64,000 nt of DNA from Botryllus schlosseri (Eukaryota): positions 24,430,001-24,494,000 of the forward strand of contig CM119372.1 of assembly GCA_051294905.1 (NCBI GenBank), written 5' to 3'. Shown one piece after another: positions 25,355 to 36,858 of this stretch (position 1 is its first letter; each line of letters starts with the position of its first letter). The position numbers were made by a program, and so were the translations under genes. Below the pieces are notes generated by a model, which saw only the letters and a list, made by a program, of their open reading frames with translations, searched no databases and had not been told where the DNA came from.

Positions 25355-25691
25355 CACTAGTCAATACACATTTTGGTGCCAATAATAATTCCAAGGTTTT
25401 AGGGTATTTTTATGTCGCTGAATCCAAAAATGTCATTTATTGTTCCGAATTGGCTCTATTTTTCGAGATATTCCATATTTTTTCGAAAAGTGCTGAAAAT
25501 ACTCAAATATTGACATTTAGGTAAAATTATCTTTGTATACTACGGTTTAGGTGTATTCTCATGTCGCTAAATCCAAAAATGACAATAGTTTACCGAATTG
25601 GCTCTAGTTTTTGAGATATTCCGTATTGTTGTTCGAAAAGTGCTACAATTCTCTTTATAGGCCAATACGACGACTTCGATGAGTTAACATC
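25355..25691 (-). mobile_element. Probable end of a Chapaev-like transposon interrupted by the palindromic element
   Basis: Starts CACTAGTCAA and has a duplicated subterminal block (about 25411-25495 and 25561-25645). The transposase remnant resumes at about 40900-41130. Confidence 0.45.
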
Positions 25692-25959
25692 AGTAGTAGA
25701 GAAATGGTGGATATAGCCGCATATCGTCTTTTAACTTAAAGAAACTAAAATCTCTAATAAAATAAAGAAACAAAGGATAACGGACTTACGCATTTTGCAG
25801 AATTGCAGTTCGTGACGGATTGCTGCAAGCGATCTGATCGATATGTGGCTGTTTGATTTCCGTTTGAAATGAGTTTGGTGTAATATTTGTGACGTAATTC
25901 TCGCGGTTGTGGCGTGACTCGTTATTTATGAGTGGATTGATCACTGGTTCTGCCTGTTG

Positions 25960-28030
25960 ATTTCAAAACCCGGCTGACCTATCGTGTCGCGCTTTCTGGA
26001 ATTGAGTAAGGTTGCTATCTGCGTGTCAAAACTCGTTTGCGGTGAATATAATTTTATTATCAGGCGAATAATATCAAGGTTATTGTCTTTGTTGTAATCG
26101 AATCTTTCTGGATCTCTATGGTGTGTACTCCGACGAAACGGAAAAGTTGACGCGGCATGACGCGGCGTGTAATCGTGGGTTGGTTCATCCAATTTCTCTT
26201 GAATGTGATGGGATGAGGGAAAATTTGCCCATTGAACATTACAGCTGTGAAGTAAACGCTCCTCTTGATCCGTATATGAGAGCCTTATGCTATATCTCAA
26301 GTGCACGGTCAAGGCGTTGGGCCAAACGAAACGATGTAAATTCACGCTTGCCGTTTGAACTGGCATACTCTGGTCCGGAACGATAACCGTTCAGCTCCGT
26401 ATTAGAGTGATATATATGTATTCTTGGTATCATTTTCAAGGCTACTTGCAGAATTACGTAACTCACTATCGGGGGATGAACGGATTCCGAAACTAGAAAT
26501 GGTCCTGCCTGGCGATTTAAAACTCGGCTGACCTATCATGTCGATCAATGATTTCCGGTTCAATTGAATACGGCTGCTATCTGCGTATAATCAAAACTCG
26601 TTTATGTTAAATTAAACTCGTTTGAATTTATTATCAGGCGAATATACTCAAGGTTACTGTATTATTTGCTGTAATTTTCCGCGTATGACGATCGAATCTT
26701 TTTGGATCTCTGTAGTGTGTAACCCGACGAAACGGAAAAGCTCGCCTGGCGTGACTCGCCGTGTCAGCGTGTAATGGCGGGTTGATTGATTGATGGGTAT
26801 ATGATGACAATTTATGCTATGTTTCAAGCGTACGGTCAAGGTCACACGAATCGATGTAAAGTCTCGCTTGGTTGGATTCTCGTACTTGGATGGGGTGGGG
26901 GGTGGCTGACTAAGGGGCTACACATCCAAAACTACTTCCGTAACCAAATGTCAGTCAGGCGCAGAGACGAGCGGATATAAAAATTTGGTATTCTGAAACC
27001 ATCTTGCTCCGGCTTATATTTTAAAACTCAACTGGCGTATGATTTCTCTTGAATCTCTCAATCAATAATTCCCGGTTCAATCGAGTGTGAATGCAAGCTG
27101 TCTGTGTGGTGCACGCGTTATCAAATCAAACTCGTTTGTGTCATTGAGTCCATGGTAGGCCTATATCACATTGATATCATTGTAAGCAGACAGTTTTGAG
27201 TAACTATGTGGGATTCTATTGAAAACAGCTTTATTACAAAGAAGCCGAGATAAGTCCATCGCTGTTGCTACTTGCTACCCGCCATTTTCAAGTGGTTTTT
27301 GACGACGTCCAAAGCTACTTCCCGCAGCTTACGACAGTAGAGAGCGAGTGTGCCAGGAGCGAGCCTCGTATACGGTACAAACGAGTGTGGATTTGAATGG
27401 GAAAACAAGGCATTGGGGGATCTTTACTGGATTACTTTTGGATTTAAGTTTATTCGGACCCGGATTTGTGGATTTTACATGCTACTCGCGAAATAATATC
27501 GCGGGCAAGTGATCCCCATGAATCAGCCGTGATCGATCGGGGGTGATGCGATGATGTCAGTCTGGATTCAAAATACTCGTTTGGATTAATCACATCAAAG
27601 TAATCAGTTTTCTTCTGGCTCGTGACTCTTGCATCGATGTGGTTCCTGTATCGAGAACTACGATACTAGATTCCATTGTACGCCGACGAATCGGGGCTCG
27701 TATACTGTACAAATGAGCGTGAATTCGGATGGGAGTACGGCGCATTGGAGTATTTTTACTGGATTACTTTTGGATTTACGTATATCCGGACAAGGATTTT
27801 TTAAATTGTACATGCTACTGGCGAAATAATTGCGCTAGTAAGTGATGGCCATAAATCAGCCGTGATCGATCGAGAGTGATACGATGATGTCAGTCGGGGT
27901 TTAAAATACTCATTTCGATTAATTCCATCAACGTAGTCATCTTCTTCTGACTCGTGACTCTTCCGTCGATGTGGTTCCTGTATTGAGAACTATACGATAC
28001 TCGATTCCATTGTACGCTGACGTATCGGAA
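25960..28030 (+). repeat. Diverged subterminal direct repeats in the palindrome arm (mirrored at about 38250-40320)
   Basis: About 25960-26350 resembles 26513-26870, and about 27400-27695 resembles 27740-28030. All four share a TGTA...GACG.A.CGG motif. Confidence 0.75.
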
Positions 28031-28769
28031 AAGTTCGCCTCGTTTCGTAGGATACTGGGGGAAAGGTTTAATCTCGCTGAATACGAGTTTGGGAATATTT
28101 GGCGTTATATTCGAGTGATAAAAAAACTTATCTCTAGGCAAGTAGACGTACTTGCTGAGTGATTGTAGCCTGCGACCCAAATTCCCATTGTCTCTGTCCA
28201 CAATCGCTTGTGAAGTGGTGTAATGAATCGGTGATCCGAATCCAGCCCGGAATTGCTCCTGCTCCTGGACCCGATCGTAATCACCTCCGCTCAGATGTGA
28301 TCAACCTGTTGACGGATATACAGTCTTGTCGTCATCGTTGTATGTTAAGTTGACGGAATAATACTTGATCATAATGAGCAATCTGTAAGATATACATCTC
28401 AGTAGTACCGTGTTTTCTGTTTCACGGTCATACAAATCGGGTGCAGTTCAGATTAGCAAGAAATCGAGCAGTTTCATTTTCCTGGTACTGAGTTGAGACG
28501 CAATAACTACTGGTCAGGCGTAATCATCTTCCATCTACAAAGGATGTTTCATTTTGGTATGGCTGCATATCAATTGTGTATATAAACTTGTATTTCGGCA
28601 GTCGATGAAGAAAATATGTAACCCGTTTGCTAAATATGTATGTTGTCTATTTTAGGAACACGAGAAGTGAAGTACATCAACAGTTTGATGTCAAAGAAAA
28701 TATTATCCATGACGAAGCGTGAATAATGATTTTACCCGCTGCGTGTCGAAATAGCGTATAGCGTATAGC

Positions 28770-29030
28770 GTATAATAGCGTCGATTCCGCAGCTGCAACA
28801 CCAATGGGTTGCGGGTTCGAGTCCGACTGAGTTCGACTGCAGAATTCTTACCCAAGTGTTCGATGTTTATCTAGGCTCCTATTTTTCATATAATCCGTAC
28901 AAGCGATGCCTTCTAGAAGCTCAGAAGTGGGCAGTGCTACAAGTCGGTATCTACAGGACACAAATGACGTAAATCGTCCTGGTTGAAATGACCGTATTAG
29001 CAGTCTACAAGCACCATGAATATCACAAAC
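28770..29030 (+). mobile_element. tRNA-derived SINE inside the palindrome arm (mirror at about 37250-37510)
   Basis: B-box-like GGGTTCGAGTCC. Related copies at about 57200-57440 and 10880-11000. Confidence 0.65.
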
Positions 29031-29420
29031 AACGAAACAAACTCTACCCGCCATGATATCGACTCCAGCAGGACATATTTTCGATATATTGAGATATGTA
29101 AATTTCATTCTTAATATTTTCAATCTTGCAAGCGAACCATCTTTTAGGGCGGCAATAATACAAGATTTGTCGTTATCGACTAACGCTGTCAAGGGCGATT
29201 TGGTGTATGGAAATGTGAATATTGATTACGACGGTGCGATTTTGGACGGTTCGCCGCGGTAAACGATCCTTGATATCAGGAAACAATCAGGCGCAGTCTG
29301 AAAATATAGTCGAACATTCGTACCCTGCTACAATACCAAGCACAAAGCGTTATTGGAAAAAAAAATGCGATGAAGCGGCGATCGATATGCATCGTACAAA
29401 GACGTAGTAGTAGTCACGCA

Positions 29421-29423
<3 letters not shown>

Positions 29424-29467
<44 letters not shown>
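29424..29467 (+). repeat. (CA)n microsatellite (mirror (TG)n at about 36814-36857)
   Basis: Seen directly. Confidence 0.97.
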
Positions 29468-29470
<3 letters not shown>

Positions 29471-30051
29471 AATACTAGTCAGATTATAGGACCACGAACT
29501 AACATATCGATCCAGTTTTCCGTCCCATGCCACCTCATTTTGTCTCTTTCCTTTCATATTCTCTGCTTTAGTTTTCATTCGGTGTGCATTCCTCTTCTTT
29601 ACTTTACCTATGCCAAGGTGGGTGTGCGATTTCAAAGACTACTCCAAGCTCCAATTCGTTTCGACACCTTCCTGTCTTTCATTGTATCGCAGTTTTGTAG
29701 TGTTTTGAAACGATGAAAATATTAATAAACTAACACTGATACACTAAATTATCCCAAGAACAGCTGCAATACAGAAACGTTTGAGGTCTATATATTTGCG
29801 ATTTTTTATTGCGTGTGAAGATTTAAAAACGACTAGCAGAATAGGTAGGAGAAGACTGGAGGAGCAAGCTCTAGCACATAATAGACATTTCGTCCATCAG
29901 TATTGGTGTTTGTAAGGCAGGGCTAGAATCTGTGTAAAATGAGGAAAATTACTATAATATGAATGCGAGGCATTCAATAGCACCCAAGCAGAGTTCTGAA
30001 AAACGTGAGTTGAACTGGATTGGATCCGAAAATGAACAATGCGCAGTGAGC

Positions 30052-30480
30052 ACAATGACTCGGACTCGAGTCTCAACACCGTGATTCGGAGTTGAATATT
30101 CGAATCCTGAGTTGGACTCGGTGGTGAATGGAAAATGATTCGACTTGACTCGAGTCCTACCGAATGTTGGGATTAAGTCACCATCCTCGAGTCACGAATA
30201 GGGCTAGGCACAATGATTCGTGTACCCGAATCTGAAACGAGTAATATATATAACGATTCTAGTCGAGTAGTAAAAGACGATTTTTTTTTTCGAGTACTGA
30301 AAATATACGCTTCTATCGCCACTAAACGGCAATTTATCAACGAAAGTCATAGGTTCGATACTAGTTTCAAGTGTGGAAGCTGTAAAACTTTGATTGGTCG
30401 TATCGCAGCATACGAAACCTACAGACTACAGTACAATGCTACGAAAGTTACTGAAAATAACAAATCGCTGGTATGCCAGC
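30052..30480. mobile_element. Fragments of two host MITE families inside the palindrome arm
   Basis: A GACTCGAGTC-type piece (tgttgggattaagtcacc) and a TAGGGCTAGGCACAATGATTCG piece similar to 54477-55004. Confidence 0.65.
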
Positions 30481-31917
30481 TAGTTTTATGGCTCTACAGC
30501 ATCACCAGATTCTTATGACTCTATATGGCGGGTGTTTTCAACCCGGATCCAATCATCTGGATAGTAAGTAGCCTATACACAAGTAAGTAACTCCGTCGGT
30601 CGGAAGAAGTAGGCGTATCACGCGATATACTTTTTCGTATCATAGATAATGATATCATGCAAATTCTGCACGAGATGTGTCTTGGAAGTGGCACGTAAAA
30701 CGTTGTTGTCCCCCACCAATATAGCTTCTCTAGATGAGATGTCTTATTCGTTTTGCTATCTGACCCGTTTGTGGAAATCTTCAGCGACAATTATTGTTCT
30801 GGGGATCATTTTCGTTGAGTATTAAAATATGGTCTCTCGCAGAGCGTGACGGTCAACAAATGTATGTCTCAAATATTCAGCGGAAACCGGGGTACATTAT
30901 TGTTCGAGACTCCTATATATGACTTGGAATAAAGCACCGATGCCTTGTCATTCAGAGGCTGCTGTATCGAGAGCGTCCATGGCAGTTGATCGAATAATCA
31001 TGTGAGAAGATGGTCAAATATGATTGTCTACCTATCTATTATGAATATTCTATTTCGGAGTGTTTCCTTGTATATCCCCGAGAGTGACGACATAGAGTCG
31101 ACTATTACTGATCTCGCGATGTGAGAATACAACTCGTGAAAAGAAGCTTGTGATCTGTGATGGATTACAGAATATTCCGATGTCAACGCTGACGTTCTTG
31201 AAAATGGTGTGATTCGTTATAGTTCTGATCTTGTGTGACTACCCCAAACAGTAGATTATCGACTATAAAACGTTTGTGTAGCTATAATTCGTATCCAAGT
31301 TGTTGAACTAAGACATATGACGGTAGAATCGAATGCCATACATAAAAACTTATTCAAATACCTACTAAGAGTGAACATTACAACGTTGAGTCACTTGAAA
31401 AGTTGTCGTGGTAGCGGAATATTGTTTGTGAATCGATATGGTTAGTAACAGTTGGATTGTTCGCACATTTAATGCTATTTATCGATATCGGATCGGCTTA
31501 TGAAATATCAGTGTGAGAACCAAGTGCGTGCCAACTGCCCTTTGTTGATGGAAATAAACACCTGTCTCCCGTATTGCTGTCAGAAAACAATCTGTTTTCA
31601 TGAAATACGCATATTTGCACGCCAAGTCCTGCTAATTTTGTTGCCCGTTCGTTTTTGTATTAACATTAAGTGTGTAGTATCGCTCCTTTGGCGATGGTAA
31701 TTTGGCGGAAAAAGTCAGCACCTAAGATTAAAAAAAATCAACCAGAGAACGAGCTGTTTCTCCGTGACCTTTCAATATTCACCTATGGTTTTGAATTCAC
31801 AGCAAATGACGTTATTGTTGACAATATGTGAATTGCTATCGAAGATTCGTAGTAATGGTTTTGTCTGTTTTTAGGATGATATATTTCTCAAACAGTTTCC
31901 AAAAATGAGAGACTGTT

Positions 31918-33000
31918 ATGGGAAGACACTTCGACCCGGATCCGCCAGTACAGAGATGCGTATATATCGCGTCGGGTTCTCACCGCTCCGAATTATATAG
32001 ACTCGCTACGTTCGCCAGGTTTTCGAGACTGTCGTACGCAAAGCGTGCAGATTTAGCATCTGACGGATATTATTGGCTGGGGTTCGAAGACAAAATTAAA
32101 TGTTTCGGATGCAGTATTTCACTCGAAAAATGGGTTGAAAAGGATACGAATGTAAGTTGTCATGAAGCGAGTTGTGTTCGAGACGTATTCAATATTCCCG
32201 TTGAAAGATCGAATTTCAGGAGTCTATTACGGGAGTTTAAGCTCCAAATCGAGACACCGCAAGTCAATAACAGCGACATAAAACTTGCGAATATCATTGA
32301 CCGAGAACACGCGTGTTTGATTAAGAACCTCGACTTGAAAAGGGAATCGAAGCGACGCGAAACCTTCAAGAAATGGCCTAGCTATCCAATACCCCACGCA
32401 GTAGGCGAGTTGGCGAAACAAGGGTTTTTCTATCTCGGTAACTTAGACAGAACGCAGTGCTTTAGCTGCTTCGGTGTTCTTCGCAATTGGAAACCCATAG
32501 ACGACGTATCGGAAATACACCTTACACATTTTCCAAAATGTACTTTCGCACGTGGTAGCTTTTCAGGAAATATCGCACTAGCTGAGCAAGACCGCGGTAA
32601 TTTGGATGACTTACTTCACGAGAAAATACGACGGCTCACTATCAATGTGAAAGAACCAGATGAGCCATCCGAGGATGAAAAACACTATCTTGCTGAACTA
32701 TTCCCTTGCCTTAACCCCGCGAATCCTGTAATGTCGTCCTTGTCACGAAGAATAGCAACCTTCGACGAAGGTTGGGATCCCGCTAAAATCAATGCTAGCG
32801 TTGAGCAATTAGCAAATGCGGGGTTTTATTACATCGATTCGGACAAGACGAAATGTTTTTACTGCAATGGTGGACTTCGGTGGGACCGGACAGACGAGGT
32901 TTGGACGGAACATGCTAAATGGCCAGTTAGAATGTCCCGTCTAATCCAACTGATAGAAATAGAAGTAGTCCAACACAAGGCACTTGAGTATGTAGTGTAA
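31918..33000 (+). CDS. IAP (BIR-domain) protein, truncated copy: BIR1, BIR2, incomplete BIR3 and an unrelated 25-aa tail
   Basis: Same protein as the minus copy up to EHAKW (32922), then reads spacer sequence. It lacks the last zinc-binding Cys of BIR3. Confidence 0.85.
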   Translation: MGRHFDPDPPVQRCVYIASGSHRSELYRLATFARFSRLSYAKRADLASDGYYWLGFEDKIKCFGCSISLEKWVEKDTNVSCHEASCVRDVFNIPVERSNFRSLLREFKLQIETPQVNNSDIKLANIIDREHACLIKNLDLKRESKRRETFKKWPSYPIPHAVGELAKQGFFYLGNLDRTQCFSCFGVLRNWKPIDDVSEIHLTHFPKCTFARGSFSGNIALAEQDRGNLDDLLHEKIRRLTINVKEPDEPSEDEKHYLAELFPCLNPANPVMSSLSRRIATFDEGWDPAKINASVEQLANAGFYYIDSDKTKCFYCNGGLRWDRTDEVWTEHAKWPVRMSRLIQLIEIEVVQHKALEYVV

Positions 33001-33047
33001 TTAGGTAAAACCTACCACAATTCTGAGAAAAAAATAGAAGTACTTCA

Positions 33048-33172
33048 TGACTGCCACCACTGCGTTCTACGTCAGTCCCACAAGTCTAGAAACAATGCAA
33101 AGATGTCCACATGCTATAGTCATATTCATTTATATTTATTTCACATCGTTTACACGTCACGGCCTCTCCCAT
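33048..33172 (-). pseudogene. Frameshifted RING-finger remnant downstream of the IAP ORF
   Basis: Minus-strand frames give MGEAVTCKRCEININE, then MTIACGHLC, then CF*TCGTDVERSGGSH. Confidence 0.65.
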
Positions 33173-34364
33173 TTTCGATGCAATCCAACGGTGATCCATC
33201 GTTTGATTGACGATTCCGCAGAACATTTTGTCGTTTAGTCAACTCCAACTTCGTGATGGGGTTTCTAATAATCGGACGGTTGAGATTTGGATATGTGTTT
33301 TCGATGCGTCGCCCGAATTCGATACCTTTCATACGAAGTACGTACTCGCATTGCGGAAACCATTTAGCATGTTCCGTCCAAACCTCGTCTGTCCGGTCCC
33401 ACCGAAGTCCACCATTGCAGTAAAAACATTTCGTCTTGTCCGAATCGATGTAATAAAACCCCGCATTTGCTAATTGCTCAACGCTAGCATTGATTTTAGC
33501 GGGATCCCAACCTTCGTCGAAGGTTGCTATTCTTCGTGACAAGGACGACATTACAGGATTCGCAGGGTTAAGGCAAGGGAATAGTTCAGCAAGATAGTGT
33601 TTTTCATCCTCGGATGGCTCATCTGGTTCTTTCACATTGATAGTGAGCCGTCGTATTTTCTCGTGAAGTAAGTCATCCAAATTACCGCGGTCTTGCTCAG
33701 CTAGTGCGATATTTCCTGAAAAGCTACCACGTGCGAAAGTACATTTTGGAAAATGTGTAAGGTGTATTTCCGATACGTCGTCTATGGGTTTCCAATTGCG
33801 AAGAACACCGAAGCAGCTAAAGCACTGCGTTCTGTCTAAGTTACCGAGATAGAAAAACCCTTGTTTCGCCAACTCGCCTACTGCGTGGGGTATTGGATAG
33901 CTAGGCCATTTCTTGAAGGTTTCGCGTCGCTTCGATTCCCTTTTCAAGTCGAGGTTCTTAATCAAACACGCGTGTTCTCGGTCAATGATATTCGCAAGTT
34001 TTATGTCGCTGTTATTGACTTGCGGTGTCTCGATTTGGAGCTTAAACTCCCGTAATAGACTCCTGAAATTCGATCTTTCAACGGGAATATTGAATACGTC
34101 TCGAACACAACTCGCTTCATGACAACTTACATTCGTATCCTTTTCAACCCATTTTTCGAGTGAAATACTGCATCCGAAACATTTAATTTTGTCTTCGAAC
34201 CCCAGCCAATAATATCCGTCAGATGCTAAATCTGCACGCTTTGCGTACGACAGTCTCGAAAACCTGGCGAACGTAGCGAGTCTATATAATTCGGAGCGGT
34301 GAGAACCCGACGCGATATATACGCATCTCTGTACTGGCGGATCCGGGTCGAAGTGTCTTCCCAT
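33150..34364 (-). CDS. Inhibitor of apoptosis protein, three BIR domains, intronless, 404 aa, no intact RING
   Basis: BIR1 RLATF..CFGC..H..C; BIR2 RRETF..GFFY..CFSC..H..FPKC; BIR3 RIATF..AGFYY..CFYCNGGL..EHAKWFPQC. Confidence 0.95.
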   Translation of the reverse strand: MGRHFDPDPPVQRCVYIASGSHRSELYRLATFARFSRLSYAKRADLASDGYYWLGFEDKIKCFGCSISLEKWVEKDTNVSCHEASCVRDVFNIPVERSNFRSLLREFKLQIETPQVNNSDIKLANIIDREHACLIKNLDLKRESKRRETFKKWPSYPIPHAVGELAKQGFFYLGNLDRTQCFSCFGVLRNWKPIDDVSEIHLTHFPKCTFARGSFSGNIALAEQDRGNLDDLLHEKIRRLTINVKEPDEPSEDEKHYLAELFPCLNPANPVMSSLSRRIATFDEGWDPAKINASVEQLANAGFYYIDSDKTKCFYCNGGLRWDRTDEVWTEHAKWFPQCEYVLRMKGIEFGRRIENTYPNLNRPIIRNPITKLELTKRQNVLRNRQSNDGSPLDCIENGRGRDV

Positions 34365-36810
34365 AACAGTCTCTCATTTTTGGAAACTGTTTGAGAAATA
34401 TATCATCCTAAAAACAGACAAAACCATTACTACGAATCTTCGATAGCAATTCACATATTGTCAACAATAACGTCATTTGCTGTGAATTCAAAACCATAGG
34501 TGAATATTGAAAGGTCACGGAGAAACAGCTCGTTCTCTGGTTGATTTTTTTTAATCTTAGGTGCTGACTTTTTCCGCCAAATTACCATCGCCAAAGGAGC
34601 GATACTACACACTTAATGTTAATACAAAAACGAACGGGCAACAAAATTAGCAGGACTTGGCGTGCAAATATGCGTATTTCATGAAAACAGATTGTTTTCT
34701 GACAGCAATACGGGAGACAGGTGTTTATTTCCATCAACAAAGGGCAGTTGGCACGCACTTGGTTCTCACACTGATATTTCATAAGCCGATCCGATATCGA
34801 TAAATAGCATTAAATGTGCGAACAATCCAACTGTTACTAACCATATCGATTCACAAACAATATTCCGCTACCACGACAACTTTTCAAGTGACTCAACGTT
34901 GTAATGTTCACTCTTAGTAGGTATTTGAATAAGTTTTTATGTATGGCATTCGATTCTACCGTCATATGTCTTAGTTCAACAACTTGGATACGAATTATAG
35001 CTACACAAACGTTTTATAGTCGATAATCTACTGTTTGGGGTAGTCACACAAGATCAGAACTATAACGAATCACACCATTTTCAAGAACGTCAGCGTTGAC
35101 ATCGGAATATTCTGTAATCCATCACAGATCACAAGCTTCTTTTCACGAGTTGTATTCTCACATCGCGAGATCAGTAATAGTCGACTCTATGTCGTCACTC
35201 TCGGGGATATACAAGGAAACACTCCGAAATAGAATATTCATAATAGATAGGTAGACAATCATATTTGACCATCTTCTCACATGATTATTCGATCAACTGC
35301 CATGGACGCTCTCGATACAGCAGCCTCTGAATGACAAGGCATCGGTGCTTTATTCCAAGTCATATATAGGAGTCTCGAACAATAATGTACCCCGGTTTCC
35401 GCTGAATATTTGAGACATACATTTGTTGACCGTCACGCTCTGCGAGAGACCATATTTTAATACTCAACGAAAATGATCCCCAGAACAATAATTGTCGCTG
35501 AAGATTTCCACAAACGGGTCAGATAGCAAAACGAATAAGACATCTCATCTAGAGAAGCTATATTGGTGGGGGACAACAACGTTTTACGTGCCACTTCCAA
35601 GACACATCTCGTGCAGAATTTGCATGATATCATTATCTATGATACGAAAAAGTATATCGCGTGATACGCCTACTTCTTCCGACCGACGGAGTTACTTACT
35701 TGTGTATAGGCTACTTACTATCCAGATGATTGGATCCGGGTTGAAAACACCCGCCATATAGAGTCATAAGAATCTGGTGATGCTGTAGAGCCATAAAACT
35801 AGCTGGCATACCAGCGATTTGTTATTTTCAGTAACTTTCGTAGCATTGTACTGTAGTCTGTAGGTTTCGTATGCTGCGATACGACCAATCAAAGTTTTAC
35901 AGCTTCCACACTTGAAACTAGTATCGAACCTATGACTTTCGTTGATAAATTGCCGTTTAGTGGCGATAGAAGCGTATATTTTCAGTACTCGAAAAAAAAA
36001 TCGTCTTTTACTACTCGACTAGAATCGTTATATATATTACTCGTTTCAGATTCGGGTACACGAATCATTGTGCCTAGCCCTATTCGTGACTCGAGGATGG
36101 TGACTTAATCCCAACATTCGGTAGGACTCGAGTCAAGTCGAATCATTTTCCATTCACCACCGAGTCCAACTCAGGATTCGAATATTCAACTCCGAATCAC
36201 GGTGTTGAGACTCGAGTCCGAGTCATTGTGCTCACTGCGCATTGTTCATTTTCGGATCCAATCCAGTTCAACTCACGTTTTTCAGAACTCTGCTTGGGTG
36301 CTATTGAATGCCTCGCATTCATATTATAGTAATTTTCCTCATTTTACACAGATTCTAGCCCTGCCTTACAAACACCAATACTGATGGACGAAATGTCTAT
36401 TATGTGCTAGAGCTTGCTCCTCCAGTCTTCTCCTACCTATTCTGCTAGTCGTTTTTAAATCTTCACACGCAATAAAAAATCGCAAATATATAGACCTCAA
36501 ACGTTTCTGTATTGCAGCTGTTCTTGGGATAATTTAGTGTATCAGTGTTAGTTTATTAATATTTTCATCGTTTCAAAACACTACAAAACTGCGATACAAT
36601 GAAAGACAGGAAGGTGTCGAAACGAATTGGAGCTTGGAGTAGTCTTTGAAATCGCACACCCACCTTGGCATAGGTAAAGTAAAGAAGAGGAATGCACACC
36701 GAATGAAAACTAAAGCAGAGAATATGAAAGGAAAGAGACAAAATGAGGTGGCATGGGACGGAAAACTGGATCGATATGTTAGTTCGTGGTCCTATAATCT
36801 GACTAGTATT

Positions 36811-36858
<48 letters not shown>

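Larger units (their letters stand above)
25692..32922 (+). repeat. Left arm (7231 bp) of the giant inverted repeat
   Basis: Mirror ORFs in the track (e.g. 25941-26366 vs 39913-40338). Ends checked by reverse complement. Confidence 0.97.

Noticed and set aside
28770..28840. tRNA gene
   Set aside because: It has a B-box-like motif but I could not form a full cloverleaf. It continues into a dispersed repeat body, so it is a SINE head. The same applies at about 54180-54250.
25941..31700. Short ORFs in the palindrome arms as Polinton core genes
   Set aside because: All are 141 aa or shorter and show no pPolB, integrase, Walker A, protease or capsid motifs by eye. A profile search could still find relics.
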